NCBI GenBank assembly: GCA_965223265.1
Contig: OZ244999.1
Span: 1,920,001 to 1,984,000 of the forward strand
Direction of reading: 5' to 3'
From: Planctomycetota bacterium
GTDB lineage: Bacteria > Planctomycetota > UBA8108 > SXIK01
Length of the DNA stretch: 64,000 bases
In this document: positions 36,177 to 45,899 of the stretch, piece by piece
Numbering within the stretch: the first letter of the stretch is position 1
Layout of the letters: each line of letters opens with the position of its first letter
Made by a program: the position numbers and the translations under genes
The notes under the pieces: model-generated
What the model was told of the DNA's origin: nothing
The model's input: only the letters and a program-made list of their open reading frames with translations
Databases searched by the model: none

Positions 36177-38633
36177 ATGGATCCCGCCCGCCGTCGTGTG
36201 TTGGTGTTCGCTCTGCTTGCTGCCTTTGCCTCCAGAGCAGACGCACAGATTTCGATCTCCACAGCCGATGTCGTCTCGCGAGAGGTGACGGTGTTCGTGC
36301 CGCCGCCGCGCCCTGCGTACGACCTTGCGTCGCGACCGATGGTTGTTGCTGCCGGTCCGACGATCGCTACCGAGCGGCGTTCCTTCGCCTCGCGCGAGCT
36401 CAGCGTCGACGTACCGCTCGGCGATCTCGTCATCTCCAGCGTCGACGTGCCGGCGTCGGGGGTCGCTGGGAAGTCGTTTGAATTCCGCTGGCGGGTGGAA
36501 AACGCCGGGGGCGGAGCGCTGGACGGGCCGTGGGTCGACCGCATCACGATCACTCCGGAAACTCCGCCGGGCCCGGAGACCGTCCTCGCCGACATCGAAC
36601 ATCCGTTCCTTGCTTCGGCAGGCGGGCCCTGTGATGAAGACGAAGAGCCTTGCGGCGTCTACGAGAAGATCGAATCGTTGACGTTGCCGGCGACACCCGG
36701 GACTTTTCGCATCCAGCTCGCGGCCGATGCTGACGGCGCTGTCGTCGAGGGTGATGAGACGAACAACGTTGTGGAGCGTACGATCCAGGTACGCCCAGCG
36801 TTTCTTGCCGACCTCGACGTGACACTGATCACGGCTCCGGGTGGTGGGGCGGACGTTTTCGCGGGCAGCATGGTGGCGGTGACCTACGAGGTGATGAATG
36901 CGGGAGACTGGCCGACAGAAGTTCCGTTCTGGCAGGACAGCTTTTTTCTCACCGCGGCCGATGACGCGCTCGCTCCTTTCCTCGCCGATGAACCCTTCTT
37001 TCTCGGACAGTTCGGCAACGCGACATTTCTGCCCGCAGGCGCGAGCTACCGGGAGACAGTGCTGGTGCAGTTGCCTGACGACATCGAAGGCACCTTCTTC
37101 GTCGCAGTCTACCCGGACAGCCGGCGGCTTGCGCCCGCAGCGTGGCGTCGTGGTGCAGACTTCGACATCCCCGAGAGCGATGAGGAGAACGTGGAGTTCA
37201 GTGCCCCGTTCGCGATTGCCGCACCGCCGCAGCCAGATCTCGTCGCCACCGAGGTCGACTTCTTCTCGCCGGCGTTTTCGGGGAACGAGTTCACGGTGAC
37301 GTGGACCGTCGAGAATCGCGGCGGTGCCGACACCGACTCGGGAATTTGGGTTGATGCCGTTTACCTATCGGACGACGACGATCCGATCATCCATTGCGAC
37401 GATTTGCTCCTCGGCACACAGCGACGTAGTGGCGCTGTACTCGCACCGGGTGCGAACGACGAGACGCGAAGCTACACGGCTCGCCTGCCCGATGATCTGC
37501 GCGGTCACTTTTTCGTCAAAGTGTTCACCGACGCGCCCGTGCCGCTCAATTGTGATCAAATCGGCGGATCGCCTGGAAGCATCACCGAGTTTCGCCTCGA
37601 GGGCAACAACGTCGGGGTCAGCAGTGACAAGGCCGCGTGTGTCGCGCTGTGCGATCTGGACCCGACGAGCCTCGAGTGCATGAGCTGCGGCCGCCTTGAG
37701 GTGCGGCTCAGCCCGGCTGTCGATCTCAAGCCGGTCAGCGCCCAAGTTGTCCCGGAGCGCGGTATCCCCGGGCACGTGCTCGAAGTCACCTGGACGGTGG
37801 AGAACATCAATGCACCTTTTCGTGCTGACGCGGCGTGGCAAGACGAGGTGTATCTCTCAAGCGATGATGTGTACGACCCAGGTCTCGACACGTTTTTGGG
37901 TCGCCGTACGGCTTGGTCTTCGCTGCTCGATAGCGACGAAGCGCCGCCACAGTACACACTCAGCCGGTCGGTCGTCCTGCCTCCAGCGACAGCGTCGGGG
38001 CCTTGGTGGATGGTCGTCGTCGTTGATGCAGGCGGTGCGGGCAGCGTCTTCGAGGGTTTTGACGAAGCGCCCGGAGACGAGACGCGCAAGGAGAATAACA
38101 ACGTCGCCAGTGTTTCGTTTGTCGTCGACCAAATGCCGACCGATCTTTCCGTTGAGGTCAATTGCGACACCTGCCCACAAGTGTCGCCATCGGGCGCGGC
38201 CTTTGACTCGATCACTCTCGCCTGGAGAGTCACCAACAGTGGCGTCCAAGAAACACCGGTGTCGCATTGGCGCGATCGCGTCTACCTCTCGAACGATAGC
38301 GTGCTCGAGGAGGACAGCGACCTCGTTCTGACCGAGTTTGTGCGCAGCGAGCCCATGCCTCTCGCGGCTGGATCCAGCTACACAGCGGAGGTGAACGCGT
38401 CTGTCCCCGCTCTGGCGCCAGGAAGCTATTTTTTGATCTTCGTGACCGACGCGCGGGGCGATGTGTTCGAGGCGGCGCCAGGCGAAGAGAACAACACGGT
38501 CGCGTTATCATTCGAGGTCGACGCGGCGGGTGTCGATCTTGTGGTCGATCAGCTCGACTTCAACGACAACGCATCTTCGGGGAAGCCCGTGCAGATCTCC
38601 TGGCGCGTCACGAACACAGGAACCGTGCGGTGA
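36177..38633 (+). CDS. CARDB (Ig-like) repeat surface protein, N-terminal part (frameshifted relative to 38630-42265)
   Basis: Signal peptide and repeats of DL.V..W.V.N.G..W.D.VYLS.D..E..E.NN. The ORF stops in the middle of a repeat (ISWRVTNTGTVR*). Confidence 0.8.
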   Translation: MDPARRRVLVFALLAAFASRADAQISISTADVVSREVTVFVPPPRPAYDLASRPMVVAAGPTIATERRSFASRELSVDVPLGDLVISSVDVPASGVAGKSFEFRWRVENAGGGALDGPWVDRITITPETPPGPETVLADIEHPFLASAGGPCDEDEEPCGVYEKIESLTLPATPGTFRIQLAADADGAVVEGDETNNVVERTIQVRPAFLADLDVTLITAPGGGADVFAGSMVAVTYEVMNAGDWPTEVPFWQDSFFLTAADDALAPFLADEPFFLGQFGNATFLPAGASYRETVLVQLPDDIEGTFFVAVYPDSRRLAPAAWRRGADFDIPESDEENVEFSAPFAIAAPPQPDLVATEVDFFSPAFSGNEFTVTWTVENRGGADTDSGIWVDAVYLSDDDDPIIHCDDLLLGTQRRSGAVLAPGANDETRSYTARLPDDLRGHFFVKVFTDAPVPLNCDQIGGSPGSITEFRLEGNNVGVSSDKAACVALCDLDPTSLECMSCGRLEVRLSPAVDLKPVSAQVVPERGIPGHVLEVTWTVENINAPFRADAAWQDEVYLSSDDVYDPGLDTFLGRRTAWSSLLDSDEAPPQYTLSRSVVLPPATASGPWWMVVVVDAGGAGSVFEGFDEAPGDETRKENNNVASVSFVVDQMPTDLSVEVNCDTCPQVSPSGAAFDSITLAWRVTNSGVQETPVSHWRDRVYLSNDSVLEEDSDLVLTEFVRSEPMPLAAGSSYTAEVNASVPALAPGSYFLIFVTDARGDVFEAAPGEENNTVALSFEVDAAGVDLVVDQLDFNDNASSGKPVQISWRVTNTGTVR

Positions 38634-41600
38634 CGGCGCCGTCGTTTCGCGATCGCGTCTATTTGTCTGCCGACGACCGCATCGAGGGCGGTGACTTCTT
38701 GCTCGGCTCTTGGATTCACGACGGCGCGCTCGCAGCCGGAGCCAGCGCCCCCGTTTCCGCATCCTTTCATCTGCCCCTAGGCCTCAGCGGTTGTTTTCAG
38801 GTGATCGTGCAGACGGACGCCGGAGACGACGTTTTCGAGACCGACGAGGCGAACAATGAACGGGCGGAAATGATGCTCCTCGAGGTGGAGCTCTCGCCGC
38901 TCTCGAACCTCGTCGTGACGAGTGTCAACGCCGACGCCCAGGCGACGTCGGGGCAAACTTTGACGGTCGCCTGGACAGTTCTCAATTCTGGCCCAGGACC
39001 GACAAACTCTTCCACCTGGCGCGACGTCGTCTACCTCTCTCGCGACGGTTTCCTTGATCGACAGCGCGACCTCGTGATCGGATTTCGCGATCGTGGTTGT
39101 CCGGATCCGGAGTGTGTCGGCGGTCAAGGGTTCCTCTTTGCCGGCGAGAGCTACAACGTCCAAGCCACATTCGACGTGCCGCTCGGCGCCAGTGGGCCAT
39201 ACTTCGCGTTCGTCGTCACGGACAGCTCGGATCGCATCCTGGAGCGCGACGAAGACGACAATCAGAAGCGCGACCTTGACGTCGTCGACATCGCCGTGCC
39301 GCCGCTTGCGAACCTCGTCGTCGCAGCGGTCAACCCTCCACCGACGGCGACGCTCGGGGAGGTGGCGCGCATCGAATGGCAGCTGCAAACAACGTCGACG
39401 GAAAGCGTTTCCGGGCGCTGGTCTGACTCTCTCTTTCTCTCGAGCGACGCCGTCTGGGATCTTGGGGACGCGTTCTTTGGTCGCTTCGAAGTCGATCCGC
39501 AGACGCTGCCCGAGGGCGCAATCTTTGCGGCAAGCGGCGAGGCAGCGATCCCGGCAGTGCTCCCGGGCGACTATCACGTGATCGCGCGGGCCGATGTCTT
39601 CAACCAGATTCCTGAAATCGACGAGAGCGACAACGAGACCGCGTCGGTGGGAACGCTCAGCATCGCGGCGCTTGGTTTTGACGTCGACGCCGCCAGCGGC
39701 GAGGGGAGCATCCAAAGCACGCTCGAGGCTGGCGGCGAGCGGTATTTCGAAATGCGCGTGCCGCCGGCTCTCGCTGGCCAAACGCTACGCGTACGCCTGG
39801 AACACGATAGCGACGCAGCGTGGACCGAGCTTTACGTGAGCTTCGCCAGTGTTCCCACGCCGGGGCGCTTCGACCTGCGCTTCGATCACCCCGCACAGCG
39901 GTTCCAGGAGGTCACGATTCCTGCGGTCGACGCGGGCTCCTACTTTGTTCTCGCGCGGGCGATCGAGTCTGGGGGGCAGCTGCTCCCGGACGGCGTCAAC
40001 ATCTCGGCGCAGGTCGTCCCGTTCGCCGTCGACACCGCGACGCCGATGCGATTCGGCGACCAGGGGCGCGTGACCGTCGAGGTGACAGGTAGCCAATTCG
40101 AAGATGGCGTGAGCGCGGCGTTGGTAGCTGTCGACGACGCTGAGCGACGTCTCCCCGCGCGCTGGACGCGAGTGGTCGACAGCACGAGACTTCATGCCAA
40201 GTTCGTTCTCGATCCCGTCAATGTGACGCGTGGCGCCTACCGCCTGACGGTGACCCATCCCAGTGGCGAAAGCGATGAGTTGGAGAACGTCACGATTGAG
40301 GCGGTCGTGCCGCCGTCTTTGGAAGTCCTCGTCGCCGATCCGCCGCCACTTCGTGAAGGCGCGGCTGGCAACGTCGACTGCGTTGTTACCAATGCCGGGA
40401 ACGTTGACGCCGAGTACGTCTTTCTGTTTCACGTTATGGAGGCCGTTGACGACCGAGACGTGCTCCGCGTCGTCGCCTCGTCGCCGTTCACCTCCAGCGT
40501 CGCGGAGGACGAGGTGCTTGTGCAGAGCGCCGTCATCCCATCCTTACCGCCGGGCAAAAGCGCTCGACTCACCTCGACCGTTCGTGTCGCTGTCGGCTCC
40601 ACCGACATCGCGCTGGGCCAAGGGGCCGCGGTCTTTTCTACCGTCGAGTTCTTAGAAACTCAGGCAGCGGCCGCCGCCGCGGCACGCGATGCAGTCCGCG
40701 AAGATGCGACGGTGGTTGACGAAACCGATCGTCAGCAGACGCTCGGCGAGGCGGAGAACACGGCGACGTGGCGCACCGCTTGGTTGACACAGCTTGAAGC
40801 TTCTGGGCTCGTCGACGCGGAAGATGCTTTGGCCTTCCTCGGCGGTGCTGACCTTGTTGTGGCGCCAAAGCCGCCGCAGCGTCGCCACTGTTTCCCGACT
40901 TCTACCGCAGAGCTCATGCCGCCGCTGTGCGATGAACTCGCCGGTCACCTCTGCGGTGCCTGGCTTGGACACTCGCTCACGCTTGGGGCTGAGGCGCGAG
41001 GTGTCTTCGCGCTTGAGCTTTTCGGCGTGCGCGTCGGTCCAAGTGACGTTGATCCAGCGATCGGCCTCACCTGCACTAGCACTGGGTCTCTCTGCGCTTC
41101 CTGCATCTCGTGGTCCGTGTTGCGATCGGTGGACCCGAACGAGAAGACGGGAACCGACGGCTTCGGCGACGATCGCTTCGTGCCGCTCGAGCGGCCGATC
41201 GCCTACCGCGTCTACTTTCAAAACCTTCCGGACGCCACAGGTCCGGCGTCAGCGGTCGAAATCCTTGACCCTCTCGACCCGTCGCTCAATCCAGGCTCGG
41301 TGCGGCTTGGCAGCATTTCCTTCGGTGATCAGGTCGTCGACGTCCCAGCGGACAGCTTGACGTTTCAAACCGAACTCGATCTCACCTTAGAGCGTGGTGT
41401 TTTTCTCGAGATCACCGCAGGCGTTGATGCGACCCGCGGCGAACTGCTTTGGCTTATGCGAAGCGTGGATCCGTCCACTGGGGAGGCGCCGACGGACGCA
41501 ACACTCGGCTTTTTGCCGCCGGACGACGCCTCCGGACAAGGATCCGGCTGGGTAGAGTACACGGCCTTGCCGCGGCCGGGTGTGATCGCACTCACGGTGG

Positions 41601-42265
41601 TCGAGAACAACGCACGGATCCGCTTCGACATCAATGCTCCTCTCGACACGGGAACGGTTCTCAACACGATTGACGCAGACGCACCGCAAAGTCACGTCGA
41701 GCCGCTCGCCGAGATTCAATCTCAGCCGACGTTTCCTCTGAGCTGGTCTGGTGCCGATGTCGACGGCGGATCCGGGCTCGCGGCCTTTACAATCTTCGTT
41801 GCGGTCGACGATGGTCCCTTCGCACCGCTCGTCAGCGACACCACCGCGTCGCAGCTTGTTTTCACGGGCGAGCCAGGGCGACGCTATAAGTTTTACAGTC
41901 GCGCTCGTGACAACGCGGGTAACGTCGAGGCGGCACCCGAAGTGGCAGAAGCGACAACAACGGTCTCCGCTCCGGACGCACGGTTCCGACGCGGCGACGC
42001 CAACAGCGACGCGAGCCTCGATATCTCGGATCCGATCTTCATCCTATTGTGGCTTTTCGTCAGTGGTGAAGAACCAACGTGCCTCGATGCGGCAGACGCC
42101 AACGACGATGGCAGTGTCGACATCGCCGATCCGATCTACTCGCTCAACTTTCAGTTCGTCAGCGGTGAAGCGATTCCACTGCCTGGCGAACTCACTTGCG
42201 GCCTCGATCCAACGCCTGACCCGTTCGTGGCCTGCGTCTATGCGGCCGGGCTGTGCGACCTCTGA
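38630..42265 (+). CDS. CARDB repeat surface protein, C-terminal part, with PPC/IPT-like domains, a DPNEK domain and a dockerin-like tail
   Basis: Starts in the middle of a CARDB repeat (APSFRDRVYLS) with no signal peptide. SVDPNEKTG..Y.V.FQN, YKFYSRARDNAGNVE, tail FRRGDANSDASLDISDP. Confidence 0.8.
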   Translation: MTAPSFRDRVYLSADDRIEGGDFLLGSWIHDGALAAGASAPVSASFHLPLGLSGCFQVIVQTDAGDDVFETDEANNERAEMMLLEVELSPLSNLVVTSVNADAQATSGQTLTVAWTVLNSGPGPTNSSTWRDVVYLSRDGFLDRQRDLVIGFRDRGCPDPECVGGQGFLFAGESYNVQATFDVPLGASGPYFAFVVTDSSDRILERDEDDNQKRDLDVVDIAVPPLANLVVAAVNPPPTATLGEVARIEWQLQTTSTESVSGRWSDSLFLSSDAVWDLGDAFFGRFEVDPQTLPEGAIFAASGEAAIPAVLPGDYHVIARADVFNQIPEIDESDNETASVGTLSIAALGFDVDAASGEGSIQSTLEAGGERYFEMRVPPALAGQTLRVRLEHDSDAAWTELYVSFASVPTPGRFDLRFDHPAQRFQEVTIPAVDAGSYFVLARAIESGGQLLPDGVNISAQVVPFAVDTATPMRFGDQGRVTVEVTGSQFEDGVSAALVAVDDAERRLPARWTRVVDSTRLHAKFVLDPVNVTRGAYRLTVTHPSGESDELENVTIEAVVPPSLEVLVADPPPLREGAAGNVDCVVTNAGNVDAEYVFLFHVMEAVDDRDVLRVVASSPFTSSVAEDEVLVQSAVIPSLPPGKSARLTSTVRVAVGSTDIALGQGAAVFSTVEFLETQAAAAAAARDAVREDATVVDETDRQQTLGEAENTATWRTAWLTQLEASGLVDAEDALAFLGGADLVVAPKPPQRRHCFPTSTAELMPPLCDELAGHLCGAWLGHSLTLGAEARGVFALELFGVRVGPSDVDPAIGLTCTSTGSLCASCISWSVLRSVDPNEKTGTDGFGDDRFVPLERPIAYRVYFQNLPDATGPASAVEILDPLDPSLNPGSVRLGSISFGDQVVDVPADSLTFQTELDLTLERGVFLEITAGVDATRGELLWLMRSVDPSTGEAPTDATLGFLPPDDASGQGSGWVEYTALPRPGVIALTVVENNARIRFDINAPLDTGTVLNTIDADAPQSHVEPLAEIQSQPTFPLSWSGADVDGGSGLAAFTIFVAVDDGPFAPLVSDTTASQLVFTGEPGRRYKFYSRARDNAGNVEAAPEVAEATTTVSAPDARFRRGDANSDASLDISDPIFILLWLFVSGEEPTCLDAADANDDGSVDIADPIYSLNFQFVSGEAIPLPGELTCGLDPTPDPFVACVYAAGLCDL

Positions 42266-42335
42266 CGCCGACGAGATCGCTGTCGGGGTGGGAGTTCGGC
42301 CGTTCGCCTCGCTTGACTTTCTGGCCTTCTCATGG

Positions 42336-42490
42336 AAGGCAGAGACAGATACCGAGGCAGAGACAGAGTCAGAGACAGATACCGAGACGGAAGCGGAGTC
42401 AGAGGCAGATCCAGATGCAGAGTGCCGGCACCCCCACGTCCACGCCCACGCCCTCGCCCTCGCCCTCGCCTTCGCCCTCGCCCTCGCCCT
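42336..42490. repeat. Intergenic imperfect hexanucleotide tandem arrays
   Basis: A GAGRCA-like period-6 run (~42336-42423) is followed by seven CGCCCT units (42449-42490, one reads CGCCTT). Confidence 0.85.
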
Positions 42491-42615
42491 CGAAAACGCA
42501 AAACGACCCGGAAAACCTCACAACCTCGCCGCGTTCCACAGCCTGAGAAAAGGCTGGACGGCACACAGTGTGTCTGCCTGCTACTTTGGGTGCGCTGAAT
42601 GGGCCAAGCTCGAGG

Positions 42616-43584
42616 CTAGCGTCCCGTCGCGTCTTTCGATGGACTCTCGGCACTGCTCGCGGCGACGTCGGCGACCAGGCGGATACCGATGAAGTTGAAC
42701 TTCTTCTCCGGTTCACGTCGGTTGTGCGTCGCGAGACGAACATCGCGGGGATCCGTCGCCGACCAGTTGGCACCGCGATAGACGAACATGCGTCGTCCAG
42801 GAGTTCGCTGTAGAACCGGCTCCGAGATCGAACCGGCGAGGTCTCGGACGCCGAAGATGCTTTCGTCGAGCGGATAGAGCCCGACGGGTCTGGGCCTGGC
42901 TGAGCGTCGCCAATTCCCGGAGCGTGACGCGCAGTACGTCCACACGACTCGTTTCCCCCAAACACAAAAGCGTCGATCGATGCCGCGTGCGGCGCGTTCC
43001 CACTCGAGATTGTGAGGCAAGCGGAACTGCCAACGATTGCCGTGCAGCTCAGTGAACCAAAGCGCGTACTCGGCAGCGGCGAGCATGGGGACTTCAAGCA
43101 CTGGCCACGACGGCAAGATGCCTGCGGCGAGGCTCCAGCGTCCGGCATCTTCGTCGTGTGAAAACATTTTGTCGGGGACGAGCAGAACATCGTCTTCGGA
43201 GGGCAGCCTCAATTCGTGGAAGATACCGCCCTTCCAATCGATGCGCGGCGCGGCTCGGCCACTCTCTGGATCAATCCTTTCGTAGTTCGCCTCGTGGTTG
43301 AGGAAGGCGAGGTACTCTTTAAACGTGACCTCGAGTTCACTCATGAAGAAGCCATCGACGTGTTGTTCACCACGTGGTTTCGAGCGATAGGCCTGGTCGT
43401 CGCCGCCAAACGCTACATACCCGGGGGGAACGTAGACGAAGCCCGGCGGCACGTCTTCGAGTCGTGGCAACACCAACCGGGAGCGAAACTCACGATTTGG
43501 CGACGACACCGGCACGCGCGTCTCGACGTGACCGGCCTTGCGCGCCACCAGAAGGTAGCTGCCTTGCGGCAGGGAGAAGGTCAA
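42616..43584 (-). CDS. FGE-sulfatase (SUMF1)-like domain, probably the frameshifted C-terminus of the adjacent kinase
   Basis: GFVYVPPG, EVTFKEY, RLP..EWERAARG, FGVRDLAGSISE, IGIRLV. It begins with the second half of a PEGA-like domain (LPQGSYLLVARKAGH). Confidence 0.75.
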   Translation of the reverse strand: MTFSLPQGSYLLVARKAGHVETRVPVSSPNREFRSRLVLPRLEDVPPGFVYVPPGYVAFGGDDQAYRSKPRGEQHVDGFFMSELEVTFKEYLAFLNHEANYERIDPESGRAAPRIDWKGGIFHELRLPSEDDVLLVPDKMFSHDEDAGRWSLAAGILPSWPVLEVPMLAAAEYALWFTELHGNRWQFRLPHNLEWERAARGIDRRFCVWGKRVVWTYCASRSGNWRRSARPRPVGLYPLDESIFGVRDLAGSISEPVLQRTPGRRMFVYRGANWSATDPRDVRLATHNRREPEKKFNFIGIRLVADVAASSAESPSKDATGR

Positions 43585-45749
43585 TGGGGATGGGGCTTGG
43601 GCGATGCCGACGCGACAACCGTCTTCGTATCGAGGGGATAGCCTGCGAAGGTGATTCCGAGCTGAAAACTGATGTCGAGGAGTCGACCCGGCCGCAGACG
43701 TGTCTCGTCCGCGTCGAGCGCTGCGTAGACCTCATGGGGAAACGGAACCCACGTAAGATCCGCTCTCTTTCCGTGTCGCTCAACAGTGAGGGGAATCACT
43801 TCGTCCGCGACGACAGCCGCTAGTGCCCGAGCAAGATCGCCACGCCGTACGACACGCTTGCCGCCAACGGTGAGTAGTCGGTCTCCTGGCAAAAACGGTG
43901 GCAGCTTTGAGGCATTGGTGAGTGCGGAGACCGTCGCCTGCGGCCAAAAGTCGTTGAACCAGAGACGCTCAACCTGGAGAACGGGCTCGGAGAGAAACCC
44001 GTGCGAGACGTTCTCCCGTCCCTTCGCCGGCGAGAACGGAATTGGGACCAGGTGCTGTTCGCTCTTTTCGTAGCGAAAGCAGAAGACTTCGGTGCCACTT
44101 GGCTCGACCTCGAGGTTGACATTGATGTCGCCGCGGAGTTCGCGTTCGTACGTCCCGAGTCCCTGCGATGCGACCATCGTCTGAAAGAACTCCGCGTGCA
44201 CATTCATGACGGAACCTTGCTGTCGCGCCTGTTCCAACTGTCCCCAATGAATCGTCTCCAGAGCTTTGCGACTGGCAAGAAGAACGGTGGACCCAGGAGG
44301 GGCGATCTGTGAAGCTTCGCGGTATGCACCTACAGCTTCGCTGTAGAGATGACTTAGCTTCGCGTTTGCGGCGTCCAGTTCGTCTTCAAGTGCAAACCGA
44401 TCCGCCTCCCAGACAGGCTCCCAAGTTACCTCGGGCAACTCGTTGATTCGGGCGGTCAATGCTTCGCGTCGTTTTTGTAGTGCGGCGAGATCACGACGGA
44501 ATGCATCACCCGCATCGAGACGCTCTTCCGCGCGCTGAATGGCAAGTGAATGGTTGCGATATGAATTCGCGACGCCGAACAGCGCCATCAAACCGAGGAT
44601 GGTGGTCGCAGCGATGAGCCCCCGACGATGCTTGCGTGCAAGTTTACGAAGGCGATCAAGAGAGCTGGGGGGCGTCGCGAGAACCGGCTCGCTTCTCAAG
44701 TAGCGTCGCAGATCGGCCGCGAACTCCGAGGCGCTGGCGTAGCGCTCCTGTGGACCTTTCGCCATCGCTTTCATGGTGACCCGATCGAGATCGCCGCGGC
44801 TCTCGCGGACGAGGGCGGCCGGCGTGGCGCGGCGTTGTGCAGCGATCTCGCTGGACGAAACTCGGTCGATGCCGCCGAGGCGTCGACTGGGCTCGAGTGG
44901 TTCGTCCTCACGTAGCACGCGGAGCATTTCGCTCAGACCCGCGAGGCGCAGTGAACTGGGGTCGAACGGCAAGCGCCCGGTGAGAAGCTCGTAGAGAAGA
45001 ACGCCGAGCGAATAGATGTCCGTACGGGTGTCGACCCCTGACGGGTCGAGCTCGGCCTGCTCCGGACTCATGTACTCCGGTGTGCCGACGACTTGGCCAA
45101 CTTGAGTGTAGAGAGTCCTGTCGGTCAGCGCCTGATTGGTTGCCTTGGCGAGACCGAAGTCGATCACCTTCGGCACGTGGCGTCCATCCTCGAGCATCAC
45201 GAGCACGTTCGACGGCTTGAGGTCGCGGTGGATGATGCCCTTTTGATGCGCGTGATGGATCGCGTCGGCGACCTGGATCAGGAGGTCGAGACGTTCGGTC
45301 GTGGGCAGGCGATGCTCATCGCAGTAGCTTGTGATGGGAACGCCAGGAACGTACTCCATGACGAAATAAGGGCGCCCTTGTTCCGTCGTCCCGGCTTCGT
45401 AGACGCTCGCGATGTTCGTGTGACTCATCAGCGCCAGCGCCTGACGCTCGGACTCAAAGCGAGCGATGACGTCTCGCGTGTCCATCCCCGCTTTGATCAA
45501 CTTCAGCGCGACACGACGACGCACGGGTTCTTGCTGCTCGGCTAAGTACACATGCCCCATACCACCTTCCCCGAGGGCCTTGAGAATCTTGAAGGAGCCG
45601 ATCTGAGACGGTGCGTCGGCGTCGGAACTCGATCGAGCGAGGAAAGCCATTGACCCAATGGAAGGCCCATCGACGTCGCCGGAACCCCCTCGGCGACTCT
45701 CATCTTCAGGTAAAGGAGCCCGGCGATCGTGCGAGGAGTCGTCGTTCAT
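43581..45749 (-). CDS. Membrane Ser/Thr protein kinase with an extracytoplasmic PDZ-like domain
   Basis: LGEGGMGHVY, VALKLIK, HRDLKPSN, IDFGLAK, GTPEYMSPEQ, DIYSLG. One TM segment (GLIAATTILGLMALFGVA) and a PDZ-like LPGDRLLTVGG..LTVERHG. Confidence 0.9.
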   Translation of the reverse strand: MNDDSSHDRRAPLPEDESRRGGSGDVDGPSIGSMAFLARSSSDADAPSQIGSFKILKALGEGGMGHVYLAEQQEPVRRRVALKLIKAGMDTRDVIARFESERQALALMSHTNIASVYEAGTTEQGRPYFVMEYVPGVPITSYCDEHRLPTTERLDLLIQVADAIHHAHQKGIIHRDLKPSNVLVMLEDGRHVPKVIDFGLAKATNQALTDRTLYTQVGQVVGTPEYMSPEQAELDPSGVDTRTDIYSLGVLLYELLTGRLPFDPSSLRLAGLSEMLRVLREDEPLEPSRRLGGIDRVSSSEIAAQRRATPAALVRESRGDLDRVTMKAMAKGPQERYASASEFAADLRRYLRSEPVLATPPSSLDRLRKLARKHRRGLIAATTILGLMALFGVANSYRNHSLAIQRAEERLDAGDAFRRDLAALQKRREALTARINELPEVTWEPVWEADRFALEDELDAANAKLSHLYSEAVGAYREASQIAPPGSTVLLASRKALETIHWGQLEQARQQGSVMNVHAEFFQTMVASQGLGTYERELRGDINVNLEVEPSGTEVFCFRYEKSEQHLVPIPFSPAKGRENVSHGFLSEPVLQVERLWFNDFWPQATVSALTNASKLPPFLPGDRLLTVGGKRVVRRGDLARALAAVVADEVIPLTVERHGKRADLTWVPFPHEVYAALDADETRLRPGRLLDISFQLGITFAGYPLDTKTVVASASPKPHPH

Positions 45750-45899
45750 GGCTCTGGTTGCTGGCTGGAATTCCGCGCGAGCTCGACAGACGCGTCGCGG
45801 AAAACCAGCGCACTCACCTACTCGCTCAAACGGTTGAGATGATAGAATGCCGATTCATGGTGTCTGCTCTTCTCGCCTCTTGATAGAACATGGCTGCAC

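Noticed and set aside
41751-42692. 313-aa ORF with ETETE/HAHAL repeats, and other ORFs over 42240-42600
   Set aside because: These are by-products of stop-free hexamer repeats and overlap better-supported genes.
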